A stretch of DNA of 61,953 nt, filler included, from Choristocarpus tenellus KU-1152 (lineage: Eukaryota > Protista > Phaeophyceae): NCBI GenBank assembly GCA_964200185.2. It is 9 parts of 9 records of this genome, joined end to end, with 100 filler letters (N's around TTAATTAATTAA, not from the genome) between each part and the next. Parts side by side here need not be neighbours in the genome. Positions count along the whole stretch, not along the records: positions 1 to 13,761 come from CAXNAD020001376.1; positions 13,862 to 28,836 come from CAXNAD020001086.1; 7 more parts are not named here. One strand, given 5' to 3'. A model generated the notes under the pieces. The model worked only from the letters and a program-made list of their open reading frames with translations, was not told where the DNA came from and did not search any database. Both the position numbers and the translations under genes were made by a program. Positions 1-20,703 of the stretch are shown one piece after another. Numbering within the stretch: the first letter of the stretch is position 1; each line of letters opens with the position of its first letter.

Positions 1-1236
1 GTGCGGGTTCTTTTTGTTGGTCGTCTTCGTGGGGTTTTGTGGTGTGGGGGGGGGGGGGGGGGGGGTTATGCCTGTTGGTTTGCCTAAGATTTTTTTTTTT
101 CAAAGGAACAATACTCAGGCTATGCTGTAGGGGTATGTCCCCATCCACCCGCCAGCACATGCCTCCTAATACTCTTGTGAATAGAATGCCCCTCGCCGCT
201 GCCTGTGTGGTTGGTAGGTACCTTTTCGCTGTGTGATGTGATGTACATGTGTCTGCGAGGTTAAAATTTAAGCTCTTTAAATTAATAAAAACCAAAAAAT
301 ATTTACAAAAAATTATGGCCAGTTTAAACATATGCCGCCTAAATGCTCTCTTTCAATTACTGCGGTTTTCTTTCCTAGTTGAGCAGCACGGATCTGTTAG
401 TTTTTATTCATTAATTTTAATCTTAGCATTTTTTCATTCCAACGCAAACTATCAAAGAGCCCTAATTATTTCAAACAACAAACCTATAGATGGCCATTTT
501 GTAAATAATTCCTGTTTAATTAAATCCAACTGTGTGTGTCTTGGACAAGGCCTGCTTCGTCCCCCTCTTTATGTTTGTAATGGAAGGGGTTTTTTTTCTT
601 TTTTTTGTATCGGGGGATGTGCTCAGAGTCGTTTTGTGTCGAGTGCTTCCCCAGTGAGTGACAGAGAGGGGCATCTATGACTTTTGATTGGATTCAGTGT
701 ATCGCCGCCTTGTCGGTAAGACTTCCATTGGTGATAATAGAACGGCAATGAACACGTGTTGCTTTGCCTCTTTTTATCAAACCACTCGACTCCAGATATA
801 AGTTCAGGAGACTCGTGCATAGGTGGTGATTGTTGGGTCGGTTGGGTTGGGTTTGGGGGGGGGGGGGTTCCAATGACTTAACAAAGTATAAGCAAGAGGT
901 GCCCAAGGTTTTGTTCGTTTTTCACTTTAACCCAAGTTTCTGCTCTTTTGCGAGTTCTTTCACATTTCTCAGGATGAAGCGAAGCGCCGGGATCGATTTG
1001 AGAGCATCGTTTCCTTTTTTCTTTTTTATTATTATTATTATTATTATTTGAGACTCTTGAACAAAATCCCAGAAATTTATTTCAACCTTTTTACCTTTTT
1101 TTTTTTTTTTTTTTTAAGAGAGGGAGAGAAGGAGAGAGAAATTTTGATCAAATTTTTCAATCNNNNNNNNNNTTTTTTTTTTTTTTTTTTTTTTTTGTAG
1201 GAATAATTGAGGGGGGCGTTTGAATAAACTCCCATA

Positions 1237-1282
<46 letters not shown>

Positions 1283-2615
1283 AGAGAGAGAGAGAGAGAC
1301 GAATTTTGATCAGATCTTTCAAGCATCCTTGAAGTGGAGTTCTGGTTTTTTTTCCTCTTGATTGCGTTGACTTGCTCCTCTCCCCGCGTAAATGACACCG
1401 CTTGATCTCAACTCAAAAACTATCGAGCACCTGCGCATTTGTGTTTCGCCTGATCAATGCTGGGTGACCCCTTGGAACCATTCTCCGATCTCTTTTTTTA
1501 TTTTATTTTCTTCTTTCTTGTCAGGCGCTTGGCGTCTCCTTCTCTGCGTGCATCTTGGGTGCTGTGGTGGGCACAGTCCTCTTTCCGAGGAGGACCGGTG
1601 TGTTCAGTTCGCTGACTGAACAGGCCCTATCGATTGCTTTTGAAAAGAGGCTTCGTCCTTAGTTTATAGTTCGCTTTGTGTTCCTTCATCTCTGCCGGTT
1701 TTGTTGAACACCTTTTTTTTGTAATGCATGGGTTTCACTCCTGGGTGGCGTTTTCTCATTGACTTTGTACTGCATCGGCGCAGAGAGTGTGTTCCCACAA
1801 GGCAGGGTGGACGACTGACGGGGGAATGCTCTAGGGTTGAGTGTGCAATTTTTCAAAGAAGAGGAATGCTTTATTGGAGGGGTTGACTATCAAGGGGATG
1901 GATGACCTTGCCCTGGGTACAAATTGGTCTGTACAGTTGATGTTGCATCACACCGCCAGATGCTGCGATTGAGCATGTGCAGCAGGGGAGGGCAATTGGG
2001 GTTAGTGGTTTTGATATTCAAACAGTCCGACTTAAGTGTGTTGTTGCAATTGACGATGGGTTTTTTTTTTTTGTGGTGATACCTTGTACGAGAGTGAAGT
2101 GTGATTGTGGTGTGAGGTGTGATGTATCTTGTAAGGAGAGCAATGGTTTTTTGATATTTTTTGTGAGTTCCCGATTAATGGAAGGTCTCCTCTTGGTCAG
2201 AGGTAGGTGTCCTAGGTTAAGCCAGAAAACGAATTGTTTTTGGTTGTATCTGTGTGAGTGTGAATGTGGAAGAGGAAGGGGAAAAAGGGGGAGTGCTTGC
2301 TTCTTAAAACTCACCTCCAAGGACCCCCTGGTGTTTTGTACCTCAATTTGGCTTAGCGTGTCTGTCAGGTCCAAGGCTTTTAGTATGAAGATCAATCTGT
2401 CAAGTGTGTATCACATGACACTGCTGAAGAGAATGGATGTATATAATACTTGGTGGGTTCCTAGTCTCTACTTCGGTCAGGTTTGAGTCAAAAATGTACT
2501 ACTTCCACTTAGTGGTCGTGTGGAAGGAATGTCAGGTTCTCAAGAGGTTGTGCAGTGTGTGAGAAATAAGAATATTTATCCGGCAGACACAAAAGGAGTC
2601 TGTGGATCTATTTTG

Positions 2616-2853
2616 GAGTGAAAGTATCTTAGAGGGTACGAGTTTTACCCTGTTTGTCCATTTGGGGCTTGGCTTCCCACACAGTTTTTTTTATGATATT
2701 TTTCATACTCAGAAATGTTTCGGAGTAGGTAAAATGTATACGTTATGAAAAGGTGTGTCCGGAACAAGGATATTGACACTTCCTTATCAAAATCGCAATA
2801 TTGGATTTTGGCCACGTAAGGACGCTGCTCTGCCCTCTATGATACTTTGTCTC
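2616..2853. mobile_element. MITE family A
   Basis: TIRs GAGTGAAAGTATCTTAGAGGG / CCCTCTATGATACTTTGTCTC; 4-bp TSD TTTG. Confidence 0.9.
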
Positions 2854-3199
2854 TTTGAGGAGACGTTTCCTTTCAGTTGTAACTGTATGGAATGGCCTAC
2901 TGAGGATAGATGTAGAGTACTGCATTGTATGCAGTGTTACAACCTTAAGCTCTGGGAACATCACCCCTGACAACAGTACAAAACCATAAAAACCAGCATG
3001 ATTACTTTACATGTAGGTGCTCCTAGTGCTGCAAAACCTTCAAATCCTCACCATAGTCATAGTGTTTGCCTTCCAGTCAAGTATGTCACTTTTCCCCCAG
3101 AACTACTCAGCCACCTCCAATGGCATTTTCATATTCTGTGGCGCTCTGTGGCTTACTAGATTTCAATTTCCTGGGAATTGGAGTGGGTTGCCCTGGTCG

Positions 3200-3720
3200 A
3201 CTTTCTGTCCATGCCACAGTATGAAACGCCCCAAGGTGTCCTTGGAGGTTCATTAATGTTGTCATAGGTACTTAGTGGCTGCCAGAAATCTCTGCGCCAT
3301 TACATTGTGAATTTGTTTTTGTCTTACGGGATATTTTGTCATGATGATCAATGATTGGTGGCTGTGCCAATCGATGTCAAGACACTGGAAGAGTCTTGGA
3401 ATGACTCTGATCTGTCGACAACACCAAAATATATTCCTAACAATTCATATTACCCCATAGCTAGTTGCCACGTAAAGGAGACATTCGGTACATGCAACAC
3501 AGCTCTTCTGTGATGCCCTTGCTTTGTACAACAAGATTGATGCCCATCTCCAAGAAGAAGAGCAAAAACCTGACTGTATTGGAAAGTTGAATCTTGCCTA
3601 GAATAATATGTCGTAGTCCTCTTGACCGTCCGTGGAGGAATGGTGTGCGTAAAAAATGCATCTCTATCAAGACCATCACAGCAACAAAATATATTTCTAT
3701 TTCCCAATGAAAATCTCCAC
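3200..3720 (-). mobile_element. Possible highly degraded Ty3/Gypsy integrase remnant
   Basis: Scattered fragments DRDAFFT, HHSSTDGQE and KSCVAC resemble SDRDxRFT, YHPQTDGQ and the integrase Zn finger; order scrambled. Confidence 0.3.
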
Positions 3721-3736
3721 AGGTTGGTATGTTACA

Positions 3737-3992
3737 GAGTCAAACCGATCGAGAGGGGGACAGGTTTGAACCCTTTCGCATTCTAAGTCATCCTTCTTAC
3801 TCTGTGGAAAACACTTTTGTTCATTGTTTATGTGGACAAGAGTTGTAAGTAAAATTGATATTCCCCCTTGCAACACACAAAGGGACACCACAATTCAGGA
3901 AGAGTTCTCTGCAATTGTATAAAATATCATATTTTGCACTTTTCAGGGATCCTCAAAATGCAACGCTGCCTACCTCTCCGGTAGACTGACTC
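3737..3992. mobile_element. MITE family C
   Basis: Ends GAGTCAAACCGATCGAGAGG / CCTCTCCGGTAGACTGACTC; 256 bp; body shared with the other C copies; no TSD visible. Confidence 0.8.
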
Positions 3993-4319
3993 TTAGTTGT
4001 GCTGTGGTCAGGTGCTTGTGACTTGAGTGTGGCTTAAAACATATATTTTTTCCTTACTGCACGACAATTATCTGCAATAATACGAGCAGATGAATTCATT
4101 GAGCGATTAAGGACATCATACCCAATCTGTTGCACTCTTTACATTTACAACAGTAGTATTAGTAGTAGTGTATAATACTATAGATCAATGTAGTGTCGAA
4201 GAATAGTATAATAAATCATACTGATGACAGAGAGATGGGCAAGGAGGGGCTTGTTAGATTCGTGGGATGCCTCCCTAGCCCCTCACCCTGGAGTACAACA
4301 GGACTAAGCTATGTTGGAC

Positions 4320-4490
4320 AGGAAGGGAACGGTGAAGTATAACTGGTAGTAAAATAACGTATAGATTAATGTTTCTCACATTTATGATAACTGTTATTTT
4401 TTTAGGGTTTATTCTGACATGTTAATAGTTTTTGTTGGTTTTTCCCCTGCCTGACACATCTGAAAAATGTCAGAATGCATAGCAATAAAA
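4320..4490. repeat. Dispersed repeat F (copy at 47529-47692)
   Basis: Shared tagattaNtgtttNtcaca...ttagggNttat...cctgacacatctg..aaatgtcaga. Confidence 0.8.
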
Positions 4491-4559
4491 ATACTGATGA
4501 CTATTAAATGCTATCACTATTATAAAATACCACTACACAACCTCCAATCTTCAAAATGC

Positions 4560-4830
4560 AACATTTGTTTGTGTTTGGGAAGACCAGGTCAAGGAGTAGA
4601 AACATGTTACAGTAGTATTCCTCGATCGAGTTGAAGTTCATGCACATGATGAGGAAGGACACCAAAACTCTGCAATCATTTTTGGGTGGGATGCAGAAGT
4701 GGTTTGTTGGATTGCGTGGTTTGACCTAGAGAAAGATGACCTACCTCGATTATCCCTGCAAGGAAGGACTGCGACTAGGCTTGATTGAGGAAAATATCAT
4801 ACTTGGTTAATAAAAGAACCCAAGGTGGGA
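4560..4830 (+). mobile_element. Possible degraded Gypsy pol remnant
   Basis: KTLQSFLG (RT thumb motif) at ~4665-4688, followed by a purine-rich stretch near 4820. Confidence 0.25.
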
Positions 4831-5596
4831 GTAAATGAAGCAATATGGAGGTAAGGCATTGAAGGCTAGGCGGGAGTTGATCGTGAAGAGGAATCTTGAC
4901 GTGAAGAGGAATCTTGACGACGGAGTACTCTTGAAGCCACCCTTCAACCCTATTATACTATCCAGTGGCGCCTCACACTCCTTCTATTGGGAAATAAATG
5001 AAACTATCCTTTCACAACAGGTTGTACCGTACGTCCACGCGACATTCCTCCTGTTCAAAATCAACCCCCTCTACAGATAAGCTCACCTTCCTACGATGGG
5101 ATTCCTTCCATCAAATCAACATCGTTCACCACCGTATTATTTTAATCCTTCCCTCTCCTCCTTACCATGTTACACCCACAATAAACCCGTTATCAGGTGT
5201 ATGTGTTTGTATTATTAGTGAAATATTTCTCGCAGAACTCGCGACATCGCGCGTGGGCTCGCCTAAATAGGGCATCTTGAGAACACACCAAGGGAGGTTT
5301 TAATTTTAGGCACCTTCTATCTGATATGGGTTGTGGTGGTTCCTGTTAAAGTGAATCTCATTTTACTAATTGGCGTGTTGGATCAGGCTCCATGCTCTAA
5401 AAGAATTGCACTTACTCAAAATCAGCAAAAGGGCGTACGAGTTTGTGGTTTTGTAATACAAACTGCCTAGCGCGTTAAACTAAGCTAACACGATCTCCAA
5501 GTTGGACTTGCGCTGAACATAGCTTGAGGATTTTTCCAAACTGCTGGATTTCTAAGCAGTCCCATCTTCCAGTGGAAGGGCAGGACGTAAAGTGTG

Positions 5597-13695
<8,099 letters not shown>

Positions 13696-13761
13696 GTTAG
13701 TGGAAATAAGATCAACTCATGAAGTTTCCATCTCTTTCTTGGCTCAAAGTATCTGGGGGGG

Positions 13762-13861
13762 NNNNNNNNNNNNNNNNNNNNNNNNNNNNNNNNNNNNNNN
13801 NNNNNTTAATTAATTAANNNNNNNNNNNNNNNNNNNNNNNNNNNNNNNNNNNNNNNNNNNN
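13762..13861. other. Artificial contig linker; also at 28837-28936, 33084-33183, 40015-40114, 42736-42835, 52996-53095, 55654-55753, 59209-59308
   Basis: Identical N44-TTAATTAATTAA-N44; the palindromic core places TAA in all six frames. Confidence 0.99.
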
Positions 13862-13929
13862 CCCCCCCCCTCCCAGATACTTTGGGTCATAAAAGTATGC
13901 ATCAAGTGTAAGGTCCTACAAAATAGTAT

Positions 13930-14187
13930 CCTATTTTGAAAATTGTTGGATCTTTTGTTCTCTGTGTGGGTAAGTATATATGTATGTGTGGCTCCCTGTA
14001 CAATAAACTAATTGCATTGCTTTATGTGCACAATAGTCTGCACAAATTTGATATCCCCCTTTCCACACACCCAGTGACACTGCGATTCAGCAAAGACTCT
14101 CTCTGCAATTGTGTAAAATGATACCTTTTTGTCCTTTCTCGGGATAATAAAAAAGCAACCCTGCCTACCTCTCAGTTGGTTTGACTC
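13930..14187. mobile_element. MITE family C, left end degraded
   Basis: Right end GCAACCCTGCCTACCTCTCAGTTGGTTTGACTC and family body; left boundary approximate. Confidence 0.75.
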
Positions 14188-14239
14188 GGCTATAACATTG
14201 CTGCTTCAGTCTTCTGGTGGAATCCTTTCTGTTGCCTTT

Positions 14240-15050
14240 CTTGGCAGCATTTTATGCATCCAGCTTCTTCATACACGTGGTGCAAAGGAAGACAAGGAGC
14301 TGCACATAACCTGGATCCAGCCTGATCGATTTTTGGTCACAATATTCCCAGCTGTTGAGAGCATCTACTCTGAGTCTGCTTGTGCAATAGGAATGGGCAA
14401 AATGCGATAGGTAAGTTTGGGCAGGCACAGAAAATTAGAGCGCCTTTCCTGTCACCAGTTAAGCGCAAGCTTTAGTGTCCATACCGATTATTGGGAGCCC
14501 TCATACAAACCTGAAGGTATCAACCTCTATAAGTGTTGCTTCCTCCATGTGCTACATGACTGTGTTTTTAATATCCCTCCACTACTGACTGAACTCCCCA
14601 CACATATTGCGAGGGAAGCTCTTACTATAGATCCCTTGTGGCATCTACGGGAGGGCTACCCCTGCTCAAGATGGAAATTACATGGATGTGAGAGTGGTTC
14701 CACCACTGGATTATTCTCTGCCTCCTGTGCTCTGTGCTCCTTCACAATGCCTAGAACCTCTAACTTCACCTGCCGCCAAGTGTGTTCCTCGTGCTCATTC
14801 CATGGAATCTCTTAAAGTATTTTGATCGTGGGGTCTGGACAAGTAGCCAAGACCTTCTTCCACTTCAACTGCTTGGGCTGCCTGTTCTCACCCTCGGAGT
14901 ACTGGGCAATATTCCTCCCTGTACCAAACCGTTTTCAAAACCAAATAAAATTGCGCTTCTGCACTGACATGTGTATTTTTCTCTTCCACCTACTATTCAG
15001 GGGTGACAGCTTTGAAGGCATTGCAGGCTTGCACTGCTTTCTCCTGCTCC
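14240..15050 (-). mobile_element. Degraded hAT transposase remnant
   Basis: NW*QERRSNFLCLPKLTYRILPIPIAQADSE*MLSTAGNIVTKNRS/LDPGYVQLLVFL matches the hAT C-terminal dimerisation motif (WW...FPxL...IPATSxxSERxFSxAG). Upstream VLATCPDP resembles ATxLDPR. Confidence 0.85.
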
Positions 15051-15074
15051 ACTAGTATATTATAGATAATGGGG

Positions 15075-15326
15075 ATAACAGAGCCAGCTGAGAGATAGGC
15101 AGGATCCTTTTGCATTCTAAGTTATCTCAATACCGTGTGCAATTCACCCTATTTCATTGAGCAACTTGTGTGTAAAGTAGTAGCGTGTGCAAAATTGCCA
15201 TTATTACCCATTTCCAGGGGCAAATTACACCACAATCGAGCAAAAGGCTCTTTCAGCAATTATTGTGTAAATTGTGTCTTTTTGCCCTTTCTTGAAAACC
15301 TGCCTACCTGTCAATTGGTTTGACTC
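15075..15326. mobile_element. MITE family C, degraded
   Basis: Right end CCTGCCTACCTGTCAATTGGTTTGACTC; left remnant CCAGCTGAGAGATAGGCAGG. Confidence 0.7.
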
Positions 15327-15760
15327 AACTAGAAACACTGTCGCGCATGTGTCAACCTCAAAGAGTCTTCTCTGCTTTCATGATGGCCTCAAGTAACTAT
15401 CTCGACTAGATACCCATCACCTGAGAATAGCAAAAGAAAATGTTGAAAAGAAGTGAGGGATGGAACGAAGATTTGAGAGATACCCCCTCTCTGTCCCATA
15501 TACGTCTGTGTCGTTAAGTTTTACCTCTTTGAGATGACCTCCAATCACAAAACGGATTTTTTCGTGGATTCCTTGGAATATTCGACATAATAAACGCTAA
15601 ACTAATTCTACAAAGAAAATATATATGAAATAGTTCCGAAATAATGGAACACAAAATGGGGAATATTTGGCTAATTTATGTGTTATCCTGGTGCAGCGCA
15701 CAACAGAACACAGAGCCTATCTACTCACATACAGCACGCGTACAACCCCCAGAGTGAGCC

Positions 15761-16019
15761 GAGCCAAAGTATCTTAGAGGGTAGAGCCGCGTCCATTCGG
15801 GGGTCAAAATACAATGTTGCGATTTTGATGTAATTTTGGCTATCTTGTCTATTAGGAAGTGTCAGTATCTATGTTTCGGACACACCTTTTCATAACGTAT
15901 ACATTTTACCTACTCCTAAAAAATTTGGAGTAGGAAGATGTCATAAAAATACCCATGGGAAGCCAAGCCCCAAATGGACAAGCAAGGCAAAATTCGTATC
16001 CTCTAAGATACTTTCATTC
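15761..16019. mobile_element. MITE family A
   Basis: TIRs GAGCCAAAGTATCTTAGAGG / CCTCTAAGATACTTTCATTC; 4-bp TSD AGCC; 259 bp. Confidence 0.92.
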
Positions 16020-17085
16020 AGCCCCCAGAGCTTGTTGTCCCCAGTACAAAGCCCACCGGCTCGTGGAAAGAACTGCAAGTTGACCAAGGAACATCTGACT
16101 GTACTTACTCTGTGTAGTTCAACCATCCCACTACCTGCTGCTCCACCTCATCCCTCAATTTTCTCCTGGACCCACCTCGGCACTGCTCCACAATGCAGTC
16201 TTGCCACCTTGTTCTTGGTCTGACGTTTCGTGGTCTAGCAGCAATAATAGATAGGATCGTACGGACGGGTAGATTTACAATCCCTAGTGCTTGCTACGAG
16301 AACTTTGAATAATTGAAATATGATTCCCGTGAAAAGAAGTCGTCTATCGATTGATGGGGTCAAAATGTGCAACACAGATAGATGCAGGGAATAGCTCTCC
16401 TTCAATAATGAGTTCCAAGGACACTATCTGTCTGATGTGCAAAAAGTTGTGTTTTTTTGTCTTTTTATTTGGTAGCCCAAAGTGAAGTCAATTCAAAGCA
16501 CTTACAGGGATGCAAGTCCAACAACTGTCTAAGGCCAGGTGATTTGATCAGTAGTCGAAAACTTGGATAAGAGACTGTGAGCATTATAGACTCCGCGTTA
16601 TTGACGTATTTTTGTTGTATTCTTTGCCTTATTTATAGCTTCTTTTGAGTGTGTTCCCACTTTACAGCATCCAGAAAATATCAGTGGTTATACAATTATT
16701 TTTATTTTTTATTAATGATATTTTTGTTAATATTTTCTTATTATTATTGCTATAAATACTACTCGGAAACACCCAGTTTTCCACAAGGTAAGAGACCAAT
16801 GTTACCCCGCTTATAGTCCACACATATATCTATTCACTTATAGAATCAGTGTTGATGTTCGATATATCAGGCAAGTCCTTTGGTTAGCAGGGACTCGGAA
16901 GGGACATGCAGGGACCGTACAGTCATGGCCGCTGTGTTCAACGCGGCAAAGAAACTGAGCTTAGCGAACTTCGCCTGCCCATTGCAGCTCCTACTTGGCC
17001 CACTTTTCACTGGGGAATCTGATTATAACACCCCATCATAAGCCATTTTGTCTTGGTCTTGTGAACCTAATTCTTTGTAAGAAGT

Positions 17086-17347
17086 GAGTCGAAGTAAACG
17101 AGAGGTAGCCAGAGCTGTTTTTTGAAGATCCTAACAAGTATGACCAAAATTCGACATTTTATCTAATGTGTACAGGATATTTCCTTAATTGTATCGGAAA
17201 AGTTTCAAATAATAATAGAGAAATAAACACACCCATTTCAAGTTTAGAACCTCATCCATAGAAATATGGATGGATCGTAAAAGATTGAAAAACAGACCTG
17301 ATATGCAAAACGATCAAAACCTGTGTAACTCTCGTTTACTTCAACTC
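17086..17347. mobile_element. MITE family B
   Basis: TIRs GAGTCGAAGTAAACGAGAG / CTCTCGTTTACTTCAACTC; 3-bp TSD AGT; 262 bp. Confidence 0.9.
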
Positions 17348-20300
17348 AGTATCCAGACAATGCCATTTTGGTAGGTTTTGATCATCAATTTGCTGTATTT
17401 TTAGACTCGTTCTGAACTGGTGTGATGTAACGTTTTCCCCACTATTGCTATTAATACTACGGTGCAACATACAACAATAGGCATGCATTCATAATGCTAA
17501 TATTAGTGGATTTGGCGTGTTCTCTTCTTGGTGTTCTATGCATCTTGCGCTTGTTTGCTCGTCCTTTTTCACACCGTTGTCTTATGTGTAGCCTTTTTGT
17601 TTCGTCAAAAATAATCTCCATCCATCTCTCCTGTTTTGTGGTGAAAAAATCACACCATTAACATTTTCACTACAGATCAGCCTTCATCAGTGCAATTCTT
17701 CCCTACTTTTTTTTCTTGCTTTTTTGTACCTTACAAAGAGTGATGTAGATACTTCGAAGTAATATCGACTTGGCAATCAATTGTGCGGTAGTGGTTATAC
17801 AAATAGCACTAGAAGTCACAAGAAGAGTACTCGTATTCTCGGGTTTTTCTTTATGCAACTTACGCACATCCCACACATCCTATATACTAATCGGAGTACA
17901 TAATACGAAGAAAAGATACAATAATGATACAATAAACTGCAGATTTGCACACCACAAGGTCATTCTCCTTTCAGCAGGCTTTCTTTTTCTGTTTTGACCT
18001 CGTCCTTCGTCCAAAACCCAGACCGCAGAAAGCGGCTTCATTGGAGATGGATGTATAGCTCAACTGAGAGTGCTACTCTGGAGTGTGTGTCATCCACCAT
18101 CTATCCGCCTCCTCTCCGGAAGATTGCACCTCAATCGTTTGTCGTCCGTCCCCTTCAACTCACTCTTAAGTGCGGCTTCATTCATCCTTTGTTCTTCTTG
18201 GTTGTGGCATAAATTTTATCAAGTCGTCCCTTACTGATTACTGGCCTTCAACACTACACGCAATCTCAAAAACAAGGGCTGCAGGAGAAAAAAAAAAAAA
18301 AAAAAGAATACCTAGTACAGATAAATACCCAATTCAAAGGCTTGTTGAATCTCCTCCTCTCCATCACCACGAATGTCGACACTCTCTCCCTCCCTCTGCG
18401 ATCAACACTCACTCCCGTCCTTGTCTATCACACATCAAACATAAAATGCAAATAGAATGTCCACCCTACCCTGCTCCAAATGACTGAATGGTGGCTTTCC
18501 AGAAATGATCCAACAGTAAGAGGTATAGACCTTGCTTGCTGTATCATCATTGATTGCAAAACCATAAAAAAGAACCAGTGCACCCGAGGTAACGCATCTC
18601 TCTGTATGACGATGATGCATGGCCTTCAATATGCGGTGCGCACTGAAGATGCAAACACCACAATAAACAGAAAAATAGACATGGCCACCCCCTGCATCCC
18701 TCACACACTTGTGTCTGTCTATATTCATGTACTGTCGAATACAATGCACAGAAAGAGTCAAGGATCATTTTGTTTCCCCCCAAAGCATACACTAGATGTA
18801 ACGCGTTAATCGCAACCTATGTACTTCCTTCTGTCCATGCCTGGCAATGCCAGATAAATGTAGTACCATAGTTGCCCCAACCCGCCCTTCTCATTCTATC
18901 AGCCAAGCATTGTTCTTGCACTGGACCTACATATAAATACACACATCAACCTACATGTACTACGTAAGTGTACGCATCTATTACGTGCTACTGACAGAGA
19001 CACTACAAAAAGACAAGGTATCCAACCCACATGCTTGTCTGATCCTGTATTTAAAAATGTAAAAAAAAGATATTAATCAACACCAATAAGGGGAAAAAAA
19101 ATGAACTCTTCTTCTGCGAAAGATGCCTATTCAAACATCAACCAGATGGACTGAATCGTTCACGAACATTCATATAAACTGATCAGGGATACCACACTTT
19201 CCAGTCATATACAACAACATGGTGCGTATACTCCATATGCTGATGGGGTAGGGGTGAAAATAACATGCTCTCTATCCCTATATATGTTACTTCCCAAATT
19301 CAACTCAACTGGTTCGTGAACAAACAAAAAAATCTCTGCTGCTGCTAATCAGCCAGCAAGAAGTAATCTTGTGCTTGCCTGCATGCCCTTACTCCCTCAC
19401 CAAGGGAAATTTATGCACTCATTTTTAGAACTGACAAAGGGACAAGAGCATATGTCTGTGTCCGACCTTGTTTTTTCTGTTGCCCCCATCCTCATCCGAT
19501 TCATGTTACCACTTCTACTCTAACCCAAACGATTTTTAACAAGGAATTCCAATAAGACGTACTTTGAAGAAGATAGTACTGCTGCAGAAAAAACGCAAGG
19601 AAAAGAAGCACAAGAATACTTTGCGATTCCCAAGCCCCCCTCCCACATGCAACATATGTTGCCACAACCGCTGTCTGCTGCAATAGTCCACAACAACAAA
19701 GGGATTCCAAGTAAGGGATAAACACTACCTTCACTACCAATATTGCGAAAGTATTAAAGAAAAATAGCAACCAAGGGAAAAAAAGATGGGTGGGGAGGGA
19801 GGGGTTGCCACCAACGATTTCATAAAAAAACGCAACTGTATGAAAAGAGGGAAAACATCACGCCTGCATAACAAGTTTGTGGAAGAAAGACATTTCTTCC
19901 GTGTGCTTTTGGTACAGAAGACAGTGATGTATGCCAAGTACTCCGGAGTAGATATTTGTACTTTGGAAAAAAATAACGAGAACTAAATTTAACTACGGCA
20001 CCACTCACTGTCGAGGAAGGTGAACAAAATACAGACATAATCGATACGTTAAAAAAGAGAAGGGGAGCGAAATGGAGTTGTAACAAAAATACACGACAAT
20101 GAAGTAAAAATCTAATGCCACTGTCTTTTGTGGCAATAAAAAAAAATAAAAGTAAGAGAAAGGGAAAGAGAAGACATGCAGAGAACCAGAACCACGGGAA
20201 TGCATGCACCTTTCCATCCCCATCCCATTGACCCAACTTAGCACCCTCTCTACATACTCCCACGGGTTGTGTGATAGGTGAAAGAGAGGCTCCGCAACTT

Positions 20301-20703
20301 CGTCGCAAAACAGAAAAAAATCAGATCAGTGAGGTTGGATCTTGCTGCTCTGTTGAAGAGCTGCCAGACACGCCATACGGTGAAATTGAAAATTCCGATC
20401 TTCCCCTTCTACCCCGGCAGTGTATGACTTCACCATCTCCCAAAGGTGCATGAAATCGGGCTTTTTGTTGACGAGTTTCCAGAAGTTGCATGTGAAACAT
20501 ATTAGGACGGGCGAAACAAAGATAGGAAGGGGGGGAGTTCCAGAGGGTGGGAAGGAATACAAGGGTGGGGCAGCGAGGGATCTTATTGGTGAGTTGAAAG
20601 GAGTGGTAGTTGAGAGGGAGCAGTTTCCCTAACAGTACTATCTTCTCTAGTCTGTAGTACTCTGCTATCACTTACTTGCGGAAGGCCCACCTACTTCTAC
20701 ATA

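Noticed and set aside
1090-1325. Direct repeat around poly-T/GA tracts
   Set aside because: The same sequence is assembled twice either side of a 10-N gap.
1-2500. ORFs and possible micro-exons at the window start
   Set aside because: Low-complexity translations, no recognisable motif and no phase-consistent exon chain.
13862-20700. Missing last RPT2 exon
   Set aside because: No KAKEK...PEGLY-type sequence found by eye in the next contig, consistent with the contigs being unrelated.
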